A stretch of 64,000 nucleotides of DNA from Octopus vulgaris. Taxonomy: Eukaryota. Under the pieces are notes generated by a model. That model was given only the letters and a program-made list of their open reading frames with translations, had not been told where the DNA came from and ran no database searches. Positions 12,538 to 24,756 of the stretch are shown here, piece by piece. Position 1 is the first letter of the stretch; every line of letters starts with the position of its first letter. Made by a program: the position numbers and the translations under genes. The stretch is taken from assembly GCA_951406725.2 (NCBI GenBank), contig OX597822.1, positions 33,418,001 through 33,482,000 of the forward strand. Reading direction: 5' to 3'.

Positions 12538-14933
12538 CTGGTACAAAAATTATTCTTACTTGTTAACCACAGAAAACCCCAAGAAGATGTGGATAAACCA
12601 CATTCCATGTTAGATTGTTACAAGTATCAATGGCAATGTATAAAAGCTACATAAGAAACATGAAACAATAATCTCATATTACATGTCACTTCATGAAATT
12701 TAGACATCGTGTTTGATTATATGAATTTGTAATATATTTTTATAAGGGAAAATGGATGACAGAGGTTTCAAAGCTTTGCTCATTGTAGCTTCATTAGAGT
12801 GGATCACATAATAGGGTTTCCTCCCACAACTTTCAATTCAAAATCTACCAGGATATTGTAACCCTTTAGCATTTAAACCAACCATAACCAGCCCAATAAT
12901 TCTGCCCATTTTATGATAAAACCAGCCAGATCCAGCCCCTCACACCTACACTACAATGTCATTCTAAAAATAGATAATCACATCATTGGAACCTCAAAGC
13001 CATGAGATAATGCATGATTAGCTCAAAACAATGTGAATAAATAAGCATTGCTTTTAAAAGTAATCTGAATGCAAAAGTGTTAAAGCTACTTTGAGAACAA
13101 TCTACTCTTTATCACCAAGATATCAAAGTTATAATCAGTATTGGTATTTTGGTGTTGTTTCAACCAATCAGACTTCTCTCCAAGAAAATTAGCCTTGCAG
13201 TCAATCTTGAGAAATCTCCACAACCAAAAAAAAAAACATAATTGTCAAAATGGCACTCTGTCAGTTACAATGACAAGGGTTCCAGTTGATCCAATCAATG
13301 GAACAACGTGTTCACAAAATTAATGTGCAAGTGGCTGAGCACTCCACAGACATATGTACCTTTATCGTAGTTCTCAGAGAGATTCAGTGTGACACAGAGT
13401 GTGACAAGGCTGGCCCTTTGAAATACAGGTACAACTCATTTTTGCCAGCTGAGTGGACTGGAGCAACATGAAATAAAGCGTCTTGCTTGAGGGCACAATG
13501 CATGGCCAGGAATTGAACTCATGACCTTACAATTGTGAGCCGAATACTCTAACCATTAAGCTATGTGCCTTCACCAAAATGGCATACACCAAAAGAAAAT
13601 ACTGACTTTCTATTTAGTATGGCATGAAGGAAATATGTTTGTTCCTTTTCGAGCCATGCCTGGCTCATAAGGGTCGGTTTCCCGGTTTCCTTGGCATATA
13701 GGTTCCCCACCTGGATGGGACGCAAGTCCATCACAGGTGAGCTGCAAGATGCAGGAGGAAAGAGTGAGAGAAAGTTGTGGCGAAAGAGTCAGCAGAAGTT
13801 CACCCTTACCTTCTGCCAGAGCTGTGTGGAGCTTAGATATTTCGCTCATAAACACACACATTGCCTGGTCTGAGAGTCGAACCCGCGATCCCTCGACCGC
13901 AAGTCCGCTGCTCTAACCACTGGGCCATGTGCCTCAACATGAAGGAAATATAGTAACTCTTTAATGTTAGTATATCATTTATATTTATAAATTTATATTT
14001 GGTACAATTGAAGCGAGTAAATTAAAACAACTTTTCTTCCTTGGATTTCTATTTCTTCAACTACACCCAACAAATATGAAAGGATACTGACACTGGATTA
14101 AACTTATGATTTGGAATAAACTTATTATCAAGATGTCTGTAGTAAGTAGCATTACAAACATTTGGGAAACCTCTATATACTGGAAGTATAAACAGAGATG
14201 TTAAAAAACGCTATCTCACAGTAAATTCTGATTGAATCATGTTGCTGAAATCTCCAATAATAAAAGGAGCTAATACTGATCCCACTAAGATCAACTTTGA
14301 CTTTCATCTTTCCAAGGGTCAATAAAGTAAAGTACCATTCTCCAAATCGTATGGTTAATATTATTGACAATACTTAACACTCACGAATTTGAGGCCTTAA
14401 GGGATCAATAATGATATAGCTAACACGTTAACATTCAGATTAACCTGTCAAATGTAATCCTTATTTATTCACATAGTTTTGAATTAATCATGGATTACCT
14501 CACAGCTTTGAGATTTCAATGATGTGGCTGTTTGTTTTCAGAATGACATTGTAGGGTAGGTGTGAGACGTTGGATCTGGCTAGTCTGAACATAAAAGAAG
14601 CAGAATGTTTGGGTCAATTTCGGGCAATTTAAATGCTAATACATTAATTAGATCTTTTGATACCAATCCACTTAACACCACCCTTGGCCCTATGATACAA
14701 ACTTCTTTTTTTAAATTAAAACCTTTCATCAAAATTTCATGTTCACTTACGTTTCAAACACCAGATTAATAATAACAAAGAATTTTGCTAAATTCCTTAT
14801 TATTTTCAAAATTCACTTAGACAAAGAGTCTATTTCAAAAAAAATATGGTAACAAAAAGGTTGAAGTAATTCAAATTTATACATTCCATCAAAGTTCCAT
14901 GTTAATTTATATTTTAAACATCAGCTTAATAAT

Positions 14934-15419
14934 ACAGTTCTATATTTAAGAGATGAGGAATTATGTACATTATTTACATTATTTACATTTGACGGATATT
15001 TGTCCTCATCTTGTTTGCTGTTAACACAATGTTTTGGCTGATATACCCTCCAGCCTTCATCAGGTTTCTTGGGGAAATTTTGAACCTTGCTTGTCATTCC
15101 TAAGGTATTTTACAAAGGAAGGATAGGAGAATATTAGATTTATAAGCCCTAAAATTCACTCCATAATTGCTCACGGGCATACGGCTTAGTAGTTAAGAGT
15201 ACAGGCTACTAACCCCAAGATTCTGAGTTCAATTCCAGGCAGTGACCTGAATAAGAATAATAATAATAATAATAATAATATCGGAAAATACCTTAGGAAT
15301 GAGAACCCAGGTTTGAAATTTCCCCAAGAGGGAAACAAGCTGGAGGGTATATCAGCTGAAACGTTGTGTTAACAACAAACAAGATAAGGACAAATATCTG
15401 TCAAATGTAAATAATGTAC
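14934..15419. mobile_element. Palindromic element with tRNA-like head and hammerhead-bearing arms (family A), copy 1
   Basis: Inverted arms ~14934-15110 and ~15285-15419, tRNA-like A/B boxes at ~15176-15245, flanked by the direct repeat CAGCTTAATAAT (14922-14933, 15420-15431). Confidence 0.75.
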
Positions 15420-15557
15420 CAGCTTAATAATGTCAAAGTTTATTACACTAAGTCCTTCATTATTTTAAAAATTAATTGAAACAAAGATTATGATTAGAAA
15501 ATGGGTTAAAAAAGATAATTTTGATGGAAATAGGAACAAAAACAATTTTTTACGAAC

Positions 15558-15669
15558 CACAATAACATTGCAGCACATCATTAAACTGGAGTTACGAGTG
15601 AAACTGGATGCAAAGTCCACCAAGGCAGGACGGCTACTGGGTAAACCACTTAGAAGGAGAACTTGAGGT
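15558..15669 (-). CDS. SLC12A2: NKCC1-like exon ([37 protein letters not shown])
   Basis: TGTAG acceptor, GTG|GTTCGT donor chosen for phase fit with the next exon, 112 nt. Confidence 0.9.
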
Positions 15670-16814
15670 CTACATGAGAGAAAAAATTTGAAAAAAAAGG
15701 CAATGAAAAATGAGTGGATTGCAGTGAATGTCATTGAAATCAAAAATATATGACAGAAAAGTACATGTCAAAAAGATGTCAAGACATCCTGTTGCAAAAC
15801 CCTTGCAAAAGATATTATTTGTGGGGAGGGGCCATTACAATTGGGTGGTATCAGCACACACACTATTCCAAGTCCAAATATATAAGAGACAGGATATTTT
15901 CTGTGAGACAGTTGAAAGAGTTCTTAGCAAAGATCAAATTATGTTTATCTATCTACAGAAGTCTTTGACAGGATCTCATGCACTTTTTAGTTTGGTAGGT
16001 GCTGAGTATGTTAAGATGTTGTTGTTGTCGTTAACCCCAGGTCAGCTCTGATTAAGTAGACTTATTATGATCAAAGGTGTTCCAGCAATGGTTATTCCAT
16101 ATCATTCTTCAGTGTCATAAGTAGTATTATCCAATGCATCATAATTTTTTGTAAGATGGTAAAATGGGATCTGAATAAAATTTGGTTATTATTGCTATTA
16201 GTTTGAGTGACCATATAGAGGATCAGTCCTTCACTGAGAACAGAAAAATAAAATGTTTCTCAGAGCAGTACAAAATATTATCATGCTAGGATATAACTGC
16301 CTGTAGGCGCAGGAGTGGCTGTGTGGTAAGTAGCTTGCTTACCAACCACATGATTCTGGGTTCAGTCCTACTGCATGGCACCTTGGCCAAAGCCTTGTGA
16401 GTAGATTTGGTAGACAGTAACTGAAAGAAGCCCTTCATGTGTGTGTGTGTGTGTGTGTGTATTGGTGTTTCTGTGTTTGTCCCCACCCAATACTGCTTGA
16501 CAACCAATGCTACTGAATTTATGTCTCTGTAACTTAGCAGTTTGGCAAAAGAGACCGACAGAATAAGTACAAGGCTTACTAAAAATAAGTCCTGGGGTCG
16601 ATTTGTTTCACTAAAGGTGGTGCCCCAGCATTGGCAGCAGTGAAATGACTGAAACAAGTAAAAGAATAAAAGAAAAATACCGGGCGGGGGGGGATTCAAT
16701 TTGTTTAATTAAAATGCTTCAAGGCAGTGCCCCAGCATCGTCACTACAGTCAAATGACTGAAGTAAGCAAAAGATAAAAGCTAGGCAAGAAAATATGAGA
16801 CTGCAAGAACTCAC

Positions 16815-16914
16815 CTGAAATTTTTGATATGGTCCTCAACAGCTATTAGCTTGAGAGTAGACTGCAAAGCACTCTTATATACATGAGCTTGTGTCGATGA
16901 ACCCCAGTTAACAT
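16815..16914 (-). CDS. SLC12A2: NKCC1-like exon ([18 protein letters not shown]...VEDHIKNFR)
   Basis: TTTAAG acceptor, AG|GTGAGT donor, 100 nt; [10 protein letters not shown] and EDHxKNFR motifs. Confidence 0.95.
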
Positions 16915-17015
16915 CTTAAAGGCAGAAAAACACAAAGGAAAGGATTTTTAAAAAATCAAAGACAAGGTTAAAAGAAATGAAAGAAATACATAAATTCCAG
17001 AGAATTTGTAAATGT

Positions 17016-17987
17016 AGTTCTATATTTAAGAAATGAGGAATTATGGACATTATTTACATTTGACGGATATTTGTCTTCATCTTGTTTTTTGTTAACACGT
17101 TTTGGCTGATACACCCTCTAGCTTTCATCAGGTGCCTTGGGGGAAATTTTGAACCTGGGTTCTCATTCTTAAGTTATTTAGCATTTTTTGATGATATAAT
17201 AATGATAATTATTATTATTCAGATCACTGCCTGAAATTGAACTTGGAATCTTGGGATTAGTAGCCTGCGCTCTTAACTACAATGCCATATGACTACACCA
17301 TATGCCCACAGGCATATGGTGTAGTGGTTAAGAATGCTGGCTAATAACCCCAAGATTCTGAGTTCAATTCCAGGTAGTGACCTGAATAATAATAATAATT
17401 ATTATAATAATAATAATGCCAGTGGCAAGTAAAAAGAACCATTTGAGTGTGATCATTAACAGTGTCACCTTACTGGCATTCTTGCCAGTGCCACATGAAA
17501 AAATATTTGAGTGAGGTCGTTGCCAGTGCAGCTGGACTGGCTCCTGTGCAGGCGGCACATAAAAAACATCATTTGAGCATGGCCGTTGCCAGTACCGCCT
17601 GACTGACCCTCATGCCGGTGGCACATAAAAGCACCCACTACACTCTCATAGTGGTTGGTGTTAGGAAGGGCATCCAGTAGTAGAAACTCTTTCAGATCAA
17701 GATTGGAGCCAGGTGCAGCCATCTGGTTCGCCAGTCCTCAGTCAAATCATCTAAATCATGCCAGCATGGAAAGCGGACGTTAAACGATGATAATGATGAT
17801 GATGGTGATGATGATGAATAATCATAACATCAAAAAATACCAAATACCTTAGGAATGAGAACTGAGGTTCGAAATTTCCCCAGGACACCTGATAAAGGTC
17901 GGAGAGTACATCAGCCGAAACAACGTTATGTTAACAACAGACAAGATGAGGACAAATATCCATCAAATGTAAATAATGTGGATAATG
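17016..17987. mobile_element. Palindromic family A element, copy 2, with a nested SINE at ~17418-17815
   Basis: Head-to-head arms meeting at ACTACACCATATGCC-CACA-GGCATATGGTGTAGT (~17292-17325); flanked by AATTTGTAAATGT / AATATGTAAATGT. Confidence 0.75.
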
Positions 17988-18142
17988 AATATGTAAATGT
18001 GCTTCAATTTTAGGCCAATGCTTTAAAACATGGTTTTTATGGGTCATGCTGCAAATATGATTTTTGTGCATCAAATGATGGCTACAGTGTTGAATCCATA
18101 AGATGAAAGCGAAATTAGTTCTGTCTTGAAAGGGTAACTCAC

Positions 18143-18298
18143 CTGGTTTTCTGTGATGCACATAAATATACAGTGACGCTATGACAGCAAACGTGAGTAA
18201 AGCAGTCCACCATTTAATGATGAACATCACAGCAATGCATAAAATGGCCCCTAAAAGACTAACCCACATGGAATAAAATTGGAATGCTGGCCGCCATC
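18143..18298 (-). CDS. SLC12A2: NKCC1-like exon (WRPAFQFYSMWVSLLGAILC...YVHHRKP), TM11-TM12
   Basis: TGCAG acceptor after a poly-T tract, G|GTGAGT donor, 156 nt. Confidence 0.96.
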
Positions 18299-18994
18299 CT
18301 GCATGTAAGAAAAAAAAAAAAAAAAGGAAATATAAGAAGAACAGCAACAATAACAAGAATAATACTTCCTACTATAGCCACAAGGCCAGGAATTTTGGAA
18401 GAGGAGCTAGTTGGTTACATCAACCCCAGGGCTAAACAGGTACTTGTTTTATCAACCCCAGGGCTAAATAGGTACTTATTTTATCAACCCCAGGGCTAAA
18501 CAGGTACTTATTTTATCAACCCCGAAAGGACAAAAAGGCAAAGTTTACCTCGGCAGAATTTCAACTCAGAAAAAAAAGACACATAAAAATGTCGCTCAAC
18601 ATTTCGTCTGGCTTATTCTTTTGTTCTTTTATTGGTTTCAGTCATTTGATTGTGGCCATGCTGGAGCACCACCTTATTCTTTGTAAGCCTAGTACTTATT
18701 CTATCAGGCTCTTTTGCCAAACTGCTAAGTTATGGGGACATAAACACACCAACATTGGTTGTCAAGTGATGGTGGGGGGGGGACAAACACAGACACACAC
18801 ACAAATATTTACATATATACATACATATATATATATACTTTATTTAAAGCAGCAGAAAATTCAACAAAACCTGTTACTCGTTGCCATTCATCGGACAGTT
18901 TAGCAAAAACTGGCCTATTATATTACTCTACCACTGGTATTTGAGTACTCTTTTTTCCACCTTGTTTCACATTTATGTGTTTACTCCGGTGTAC

Positions 18995-19045
<51 letters not shown>

Positions 19046-19214
19046 TATATATACATATATATATACATACATACACACATATATATATATACATATATAC
19101 ACACACATATATATATATACACATATATATACATACATATATACACACATATATATATACATATATATACACACATATATATATATATACATATATATAC
19201 ACACATATATATAT

Positions 19215-19252
<38 letters not shown>

Positions 19253-19806
19253 AACAGCCTTCTTTCAGTTTGCGTCTACAGAATCCACTCACAAAGTTTT
19301 GGTCAGTCCAAGGCTATAGCAGAAGACACTTGACCAAGGTGCCACGCAGTTGGACTGAACTCAGAACTATGTGGTTGGGAAGCAAGCTTCTTAGCACACA
19401 GCCTGCTAACGATTCTGCAAGCTCACCATTTTTATCTAAATATCCTTTGTACAGCAGATCACAGGACCTTCTGAAGGGAACACCTAACAAAAATATACCC
19501 TGAAGTTGGTCTTTTAGTAGTGTGAGCCAACAGACTATGAACCATGTGTCATGGTCAGCTTCTCAAAAAAGGTTACCCATGCCTACTCTTGAGGATGCGC
19601 TGCAGTAAGGGTGGAAAACATTCACCATGGCACTAGCAGAGAAAAATTAGGTTCCCTATGAAGTGTTTACACTTCATAGGCAACATAATTTATAAGAAAT
19701 ATAGTCAGGAAAGAGTTAATTAAAAAACAAGAATGTCAGAATTATTTAAACTCTAGATTAATTATGCATTAATATGCAGAATTTATTTCAAGAAAATATT
19801 ACGTAC

Positions 19807-19908
19807 CCGGTGAGTTAGCCAAAGAAGCATCAAAACAGGAATAGTTGATGAGAGCATATGACATGAGGAAAAAATTTGATATGATTGGAGCAATGGCATT
19901 TAGTTCAC
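19807..19908 (-). CDS. SLC12A2: NKCC1-like exon ([33 protein letters not shown]), TM10
   Basis: CTCAG acceptor, G|GTACGT donor, 102 nt; [13 protein letters not shown] motif. Confidence 0.96.
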
Positions 19909-20113
19909 CTGAGGATAGATTAGAAAGAAGAAAAAAATTAGAGAAGGAAAATGAATAATATTATGTAACATAATAGATCATACACGGCAACAAGTGAAGA
20001 AAATAGCAAGTTTTAGTGTTTATATAACTATTTAAATCAAAATATCTCCCATCCTGTTTTGCTTAATTAATTGAAGATAGCAGGAAGTATTAAGAAATAT
20101 CTTTACTACTCAC

Positions 20114-20237
20114 CTATGCAAATGAAGGCAATCCCAATGAAATAGGCAAGAAAATATAGCCTTCGGGGATTGTCACCCTTACCGGCACCCTTAGCAAGAA
20201 CATGGATTCCAGGGAAGATCCTATCCTTGCAAACAGC
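20114..20237 (-). CDS. SLC12A2: NKCC1-like exon (AVCKDRIFPGIHVLAKGAGKGDNPRRLYFLAYFIGIAFICI), TM9
   Basis: TTTCAG acceptor, G|GTGAGT donor, 124 nt. Confidence 0.94.
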
Positions 20238-20299
20238 CTGAAAATGAAAATTTAATTTTTATATACATTTATATATATATGCACACACACGTATATATA

Positions 20300-20840
20300 C
20301 AGGGGTTGGACAAAATAATGGAAACACCTAGCATCATAGCATCATAATTTTGAAATATCTATAAGTCTATAAAACCATCAAAAGCTTGTTTATTTTTATG
20401 TTTTTTGATTTATTATTAGTGCTGCTTAATATGTTTTGCTAGAATTGCTGTTTCTTTTCAGATATCATCAGACAAAGGTAATTGAAATTCATTAAAATGA
20501 CAGATCTATCAAACTTTCAAAGAGGTCAAATTGTTGGTGCCCATATGGCAGGCGCTAGAGTAAAGAAAACAGCTGAAATGTTTGGTGTATCAAGAAGTAC
20601 TGCCTTGAAAATAATGACAGCCTTTGAGAAAGAGGGAAAAACCTCCTCATGGAAACAAAACTCTGGAAGAAAACCAAAACTTTCAAATAGGGATTGTTGG
20701 ATTCTTATGTGAATTGTTAGAAAGGATTGCAAAATTACTGCAGAGCTTATGACTAACCCGAGAACCTAGTTTCCACAAAAACTGTTTAATGGGAGCTGCA
20801 CAAAGCCAGATTTCATGGGTGGGCAGAAATCAGAAACTTT
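20300..20840 (+). mobile_element. Tc1-like transposon 5' fragment
   Basis: TA + CAGGGGTTGGACAAAATAATGGAAACACC terminus; ORF MTDLSNFQRGQIVGAHMAGA...FGVSRST...NSGRKPKLS is a Tc1 paired-like HTH. Confidence 0.85.
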
Positions 20841-21479
20841 CTCATAACATTCCTTATAATATGGCAGGCGATTTACAAAATCTTTATAAGTTATTCTTGA
20901 CCTGATTATTTTGAAGCTTTATATTTTTGTAATTTTAAAGGCATTAAATTTTCGGGTGCCTTTCACACAAAATCATCATCATTTAATGTCTGTTCCATGC
21001 TGTGATGGGTTCAATGATTTGACGGGATGTCATGGACCCAAGCCCTGCACTGCACTCCAGTGTCAGCTTTAGCGTGGTTTCTGCAGCTGGATGCTCTTCC
21101 TTAATGCCAACCACTTCGGAGCATGGCATGTACTGGCTGCTTTTTTACGTGTCAACAGTACTAGTGAGGTTACCATACAGCTTGCAAGACTACAAGCCCC
21201 AAGGCGGTAACTTTATGCAAGGAGTTGAGGATTAGAGAGGGGTAAAGTATGAGAGAAAAGGGTCAGAACAGAACAGGATTCTTGCTGTAGAGGAGCAACA
21301 TGACTGCTCATTAGAGGGGCAATAAGGAAAGGTGAGAGCTGGAGAGCAATAAAAATAGTGGTTATGAGAGGGTAAGGTGAACCTTCAAGGTACAAGGTGG
21401 GTAGGAATGAATGGCACAGTGGGGCCAGGAGTGAGTGCAGGAGTAGGGGATATCTGGTGCAGTTTAATCTGAGTGGAGA

Positions 21480-21700
21480 GAGAATTTTTCTTTCACCAAA
21501 CAAACTATGCTAAGAGATATCTTGAGATAAGTCAAGTGGCTTGACCTTGAACTAATCTTCAAACAAGATGGTGCACCACCACAATGGACAGTCTCTGTTG
21601 AAAGAAAACTTCCCATAAAGATGGATGGGTAGAGGATCCACAGCAATGGTATGACCCACTGAGGAGACAGATCTTTCATTCAGTGATGTTTTCGCATCAT
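21480..21700 (+). mobile_element. Degraded Tc1/mariner-superfamily transposase fragment
   Basis: IFKQDGAPPQW and RWMGRG resemble the QQDGAPPH...RWIGRG catalytic region. Confidence 0.55.
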
Positions 21701-21768
21701 GTAATTCCAACATAAAAATCAATACAATTTAGATTTGGAAACAATATGTTGTCTAAAACTTGACTGAC

Positions 21769-21876
21769 CTGGAAGACCTTGGGAGCAGAGACAAGACTTG
21801 CAAGAGCTGAAGAAAGAGTTGCAGAGAAAATACCGGCTGTAACCAAGGGTCCAAATAGTGCAATACGCTCCATTAC
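21769..21876 (-). CDS. SLC12A2: NKCC1-like exon ([36 protein letters not shown]), TM8
   Basis: CTGCAG acceptor, CAG|GTCAGT donor, 108 nt; [20 protein letters not shown] motif. Confidence 0.96.
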
Positions 21877-21979
21877 CTGCAGTGAATGAGAAGAAAATCC
21901 ACTAATTTATTTCAAGAATAAAAGAACAATTATCATACATTTGTATATGTTAATTATCATTCGTATACATAAATACAAG

Positions 21980-22285
21980 TATTATCATGACAAGTATTAT
22001 CATCATCACCACCATCATCATTGCTACCATCATCATCACTAGTACTACCATCATGCTCTTTGTCATTACCACCACTACAATCACCACCATCACATCCATC
22101 ATCATTACCACCAGCATCACCACCACTACAATCACCACCACCATATCCATCATCATTATCACCACCAGCATCACTGCCACTACAATCACCACCACCACAT
22201 CCATCATCATCATCATCACCACCACCAGCATCATCGCCACTACAATCACCACCACCACATCCATCATCATCATCAATGTCATCAT
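21980..22285. repeat. Degenerate (CAT/CAC)n tract with higher-order repeat
   Basis: CCACTACAATCACCACCA recurs about every 57-60 bp. Confidence 0.85.
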
Positions 22286-22917
22286 TTTACTTTCATTCCC
22301 CACCTCATGCTTGCATGAATTGGTTGGGTCATCTCTACCACAATCTGATCACATGTTCCAGTCCTTTGTCATCTCCTAAATGACATTCACGTTTCTAACA
22401 TCATCTTTCACCACTTCTTCCCCATATCTACCTTGATCTCCCTCTTCCACAAGTTCCTTCCACTACAATTCCTTGACACTTCCTTTTCATATTTATGCTA
22501 AAGATTAATATATGTAAATTGATAATATTAATAATAAAAAAAGAACCAATTAGAGGTACCCCAAGCAACATTGAATGATATATAGTTGCGTACAATCATA
22601 TTCAACATGTCCATGTACACTCAGATATGAAGAGACAATATGCTGCACAAAATTCCTCAAGAGAAGAAGTTCTCTTAAAGACAATACGGGTGTTAACAAA
22701 TCACTAGGCCTCAAATAAAACCACTGAATTTACTGAGATGTTACAGTTTCATCATCTATGTATGCCCAGGCATTGTTCATGGCCACTTTATCATCATCAC
22801 CACCACCATCATCACCACTACTACCATCATCAACATCATCATTATTATTATTATTAACATCATTATTATTATTATTATTATTATTATTTAACATCCATTT
22901 TCCATACTGGCAAGGGT

Positions 22918-23228
22918 TAGATGGTTTGACAGGAGCTGGCTAGGGCCAGATGGTTTGGCAGAAGCTAGCAAGGCCCAGAGGGTTTGGCAGGAGCTGGCAA
23001 GGGCCGGATGGTTTGACAGGAGCTGGTTAGGGCCAGATGATTTGACAGGAGCTGGCAAGGGCCGGATGGTTTGACAGGACAGGAGCTGGCAAGGGCCGGG
23101 TGGTTTGACAGGAGCTGGCAAGGGCCAAATGGTTTGACAGGACCTGATAAGAGCCAGATGGTTTGACAGGAGCTGGCAAGGGCCGGATGGTTTAACAGGA
23201 GCTAGCAAGGGCCAGATCGCTTGATAGG
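22918..23228. repeat. ~30-bp minisatellite (GATGGTTTGACAGGAGCTGGCAAGGGCCG), ~10 units, expanded inside a SINE
   Basis: Direct tandem repeats bracketed by the TTTAACATCCATTTTCCATACTGG and CAGCTGGATGCCCTTCCTAATGCCAACC SINE segments. Confidence 0.9.
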
Positions 23229-23569
23229 AGGCATCTAGGGTCGAAGTTACACCAGGACCTTTAGTCTGTTTTGGCATGGTTTCTACAGCTGGATGCCCTT
23301 CCTAATGCCAACCACTTTACAAAGTGTACAGGGTGCTTTTACGTGTCACCCATAACAGTGCTTTTTACATGATACCAGCACCAGTACTTTTTGTGTGGCA
23401 CCAGCACTGACAGGTTCACCAAGTACCTTGCACGATAAAAACCACCACAACTAGGAGGAAGGAGAAGTATTGAGTGGGTGTGGCTTTGTACCCGTTAAGA
23501 GATTAAATGTATAATAAAGCGACAGAGACTATGTCTGGCTGTAGAGTAGATACATGGATACCCTAAATG

Positions 23570-23790
23570 GCAAAGAAGCTTTGCTCCAACTACAACAGAT
23601 TATCCCATAAGAACTTCCAGTTGTCGTCTATACCATAGGTCGCTGTCTCGTCCTCCTCATCAAATACTTCATTAAGAATATCTCTAAATCTATGCTCATT
23701 AGAAGGATCCTTGAACTTCCATAACCTTGTTTGCCACATTGGTTTGCATCTTGGGGTCCTTCTAGCTCCGAATCACAACTGAAAATGTCG
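23570..23790 (-). mobile_element. RTE-like LINE fragment (post-endonuclease linker)
   Basis: Translates as RLWKFKDPSNEHRFRDILNEVF...IDDNWKFLWDNLL. Confidence 0.4.
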
Positions 23791-23914
23791 CATGGTTCAG
23801 GAAGAGAACCCCAGACTTTATGATCATGATTTCAACAACTTCACAGCTAGGCCACATGCATTCATTTGAAAAACTGCTGTGGAAACAGAAGTGAAAAACA
23901 TTGCTTCAACTCAC

Positions 23915-24199
23915 CTGGAAGTCATGCTGGAGGCCATATTTGCACGCACCATCTTCACCCAAAGTGCAGTTACGCATAAGAGACATGGTAACAAATGGTA
24001 CTTTTTTAATACCATCCTCTGCAGTGGAGTTATAAAGTGTCATATCACCGTCGATCGTTGCATTCACAGCTGCATAAAAAATTGCTCCACTTGCATCACG
24101 GACAATGCAGGCACCTAATGACCATGCACAAAGAATATAAACAACTGAACTGATGGCAATGGCTAATAAGGTTCCTTTGGGGATAGACACTTGGGCATC
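23915..24199 (-). CDS. SLC12A2: NKCC1-like exon ([14 protein letters not shown]...[10 protein letters not shown]), TM7 and large extracellular loop
   Basis: TTTAG acceptor, CAG|GTGAGT donor, 285 nt; [10 protein letters not shown] and RDASG motifs; N-glycosylation sequons NAT, NST, NCT. Confidence 0.95.
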
Positions 24200-24357
24200 C
24201 TAAAACAAAAACAAAAAAAATAGGAACAGGTAAATAAATATTGAATAAAAACAAAAAAGAAGGTATCTGAAACTACAGGATAATAATTACAGTATGGAAG
24301 GTGCTTATTAGTAATTATTAAGAAAAAAAAAAAAAAAAGAGAAGAAATGAAAGCCAC

Positions 24358-24482
24358 CTTTAGATCACCAGAAATATTAGCACCGGCAAGAATTCCTGTG
24401 GCAGCAGGAAAGAAGATGGAAAACACAGAGAAGAACTCCTCATTTCGGAAATCTGGCAGGAAATTTTCTTTGAAAACATCAA
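24358..24482 (-). CDS. SLC12A2: NKCC1-like exon ([12 protein letters not shown]...[19 protein letters not shown]), TM6
   Basis: TGCAG acceptor, AAG|GTGGCT donor, 125 nt; invariant [18 protein letters not shown] motif. Confidence 0.96.
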
Positions 24483-24531
24483 CTGCAATAAAGAAAATAT
24501 AGCATTAAACTTTAAGGCATTATTATTATTA

Positions 24532-24662
24532 TTAGGTTGTCCCAAAAGTTCGTAAACACTTGCAAAAATTGACTATAACAATATAAACCCAAACAAACAA
24601 TTAAAAATTGCATAAAAATTCAAATTTTAGCAAAGTTTTTACGAACTTTTGGGACAACCTTA
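24532..24662. mobile_element. Mariner-type MITE
   Basis: TIRs AGGTTGTCCCAAAAGTTCGTAAA / TTTACGAACTTTTGGGACAACCT, similar to the TIR at 36567. Confidence 0.75.
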
Positions 24663-24756
24663 TATTATTATTATTATTATTGAGTGAGAGAGCAGTGCAT
24701 GCTATCAAAGTGACACTGGAGCAAAATATACAAAGCCCAGTATACCCCTCATAACT

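Noticed and set aside
15176-15245. tRNA genes here and at other SINE heads (17310, 28925, 52165)
   Set aside because: They have A/B boxes but no complete cloverleaf and run into repeat bodies, so they are SINE heads.
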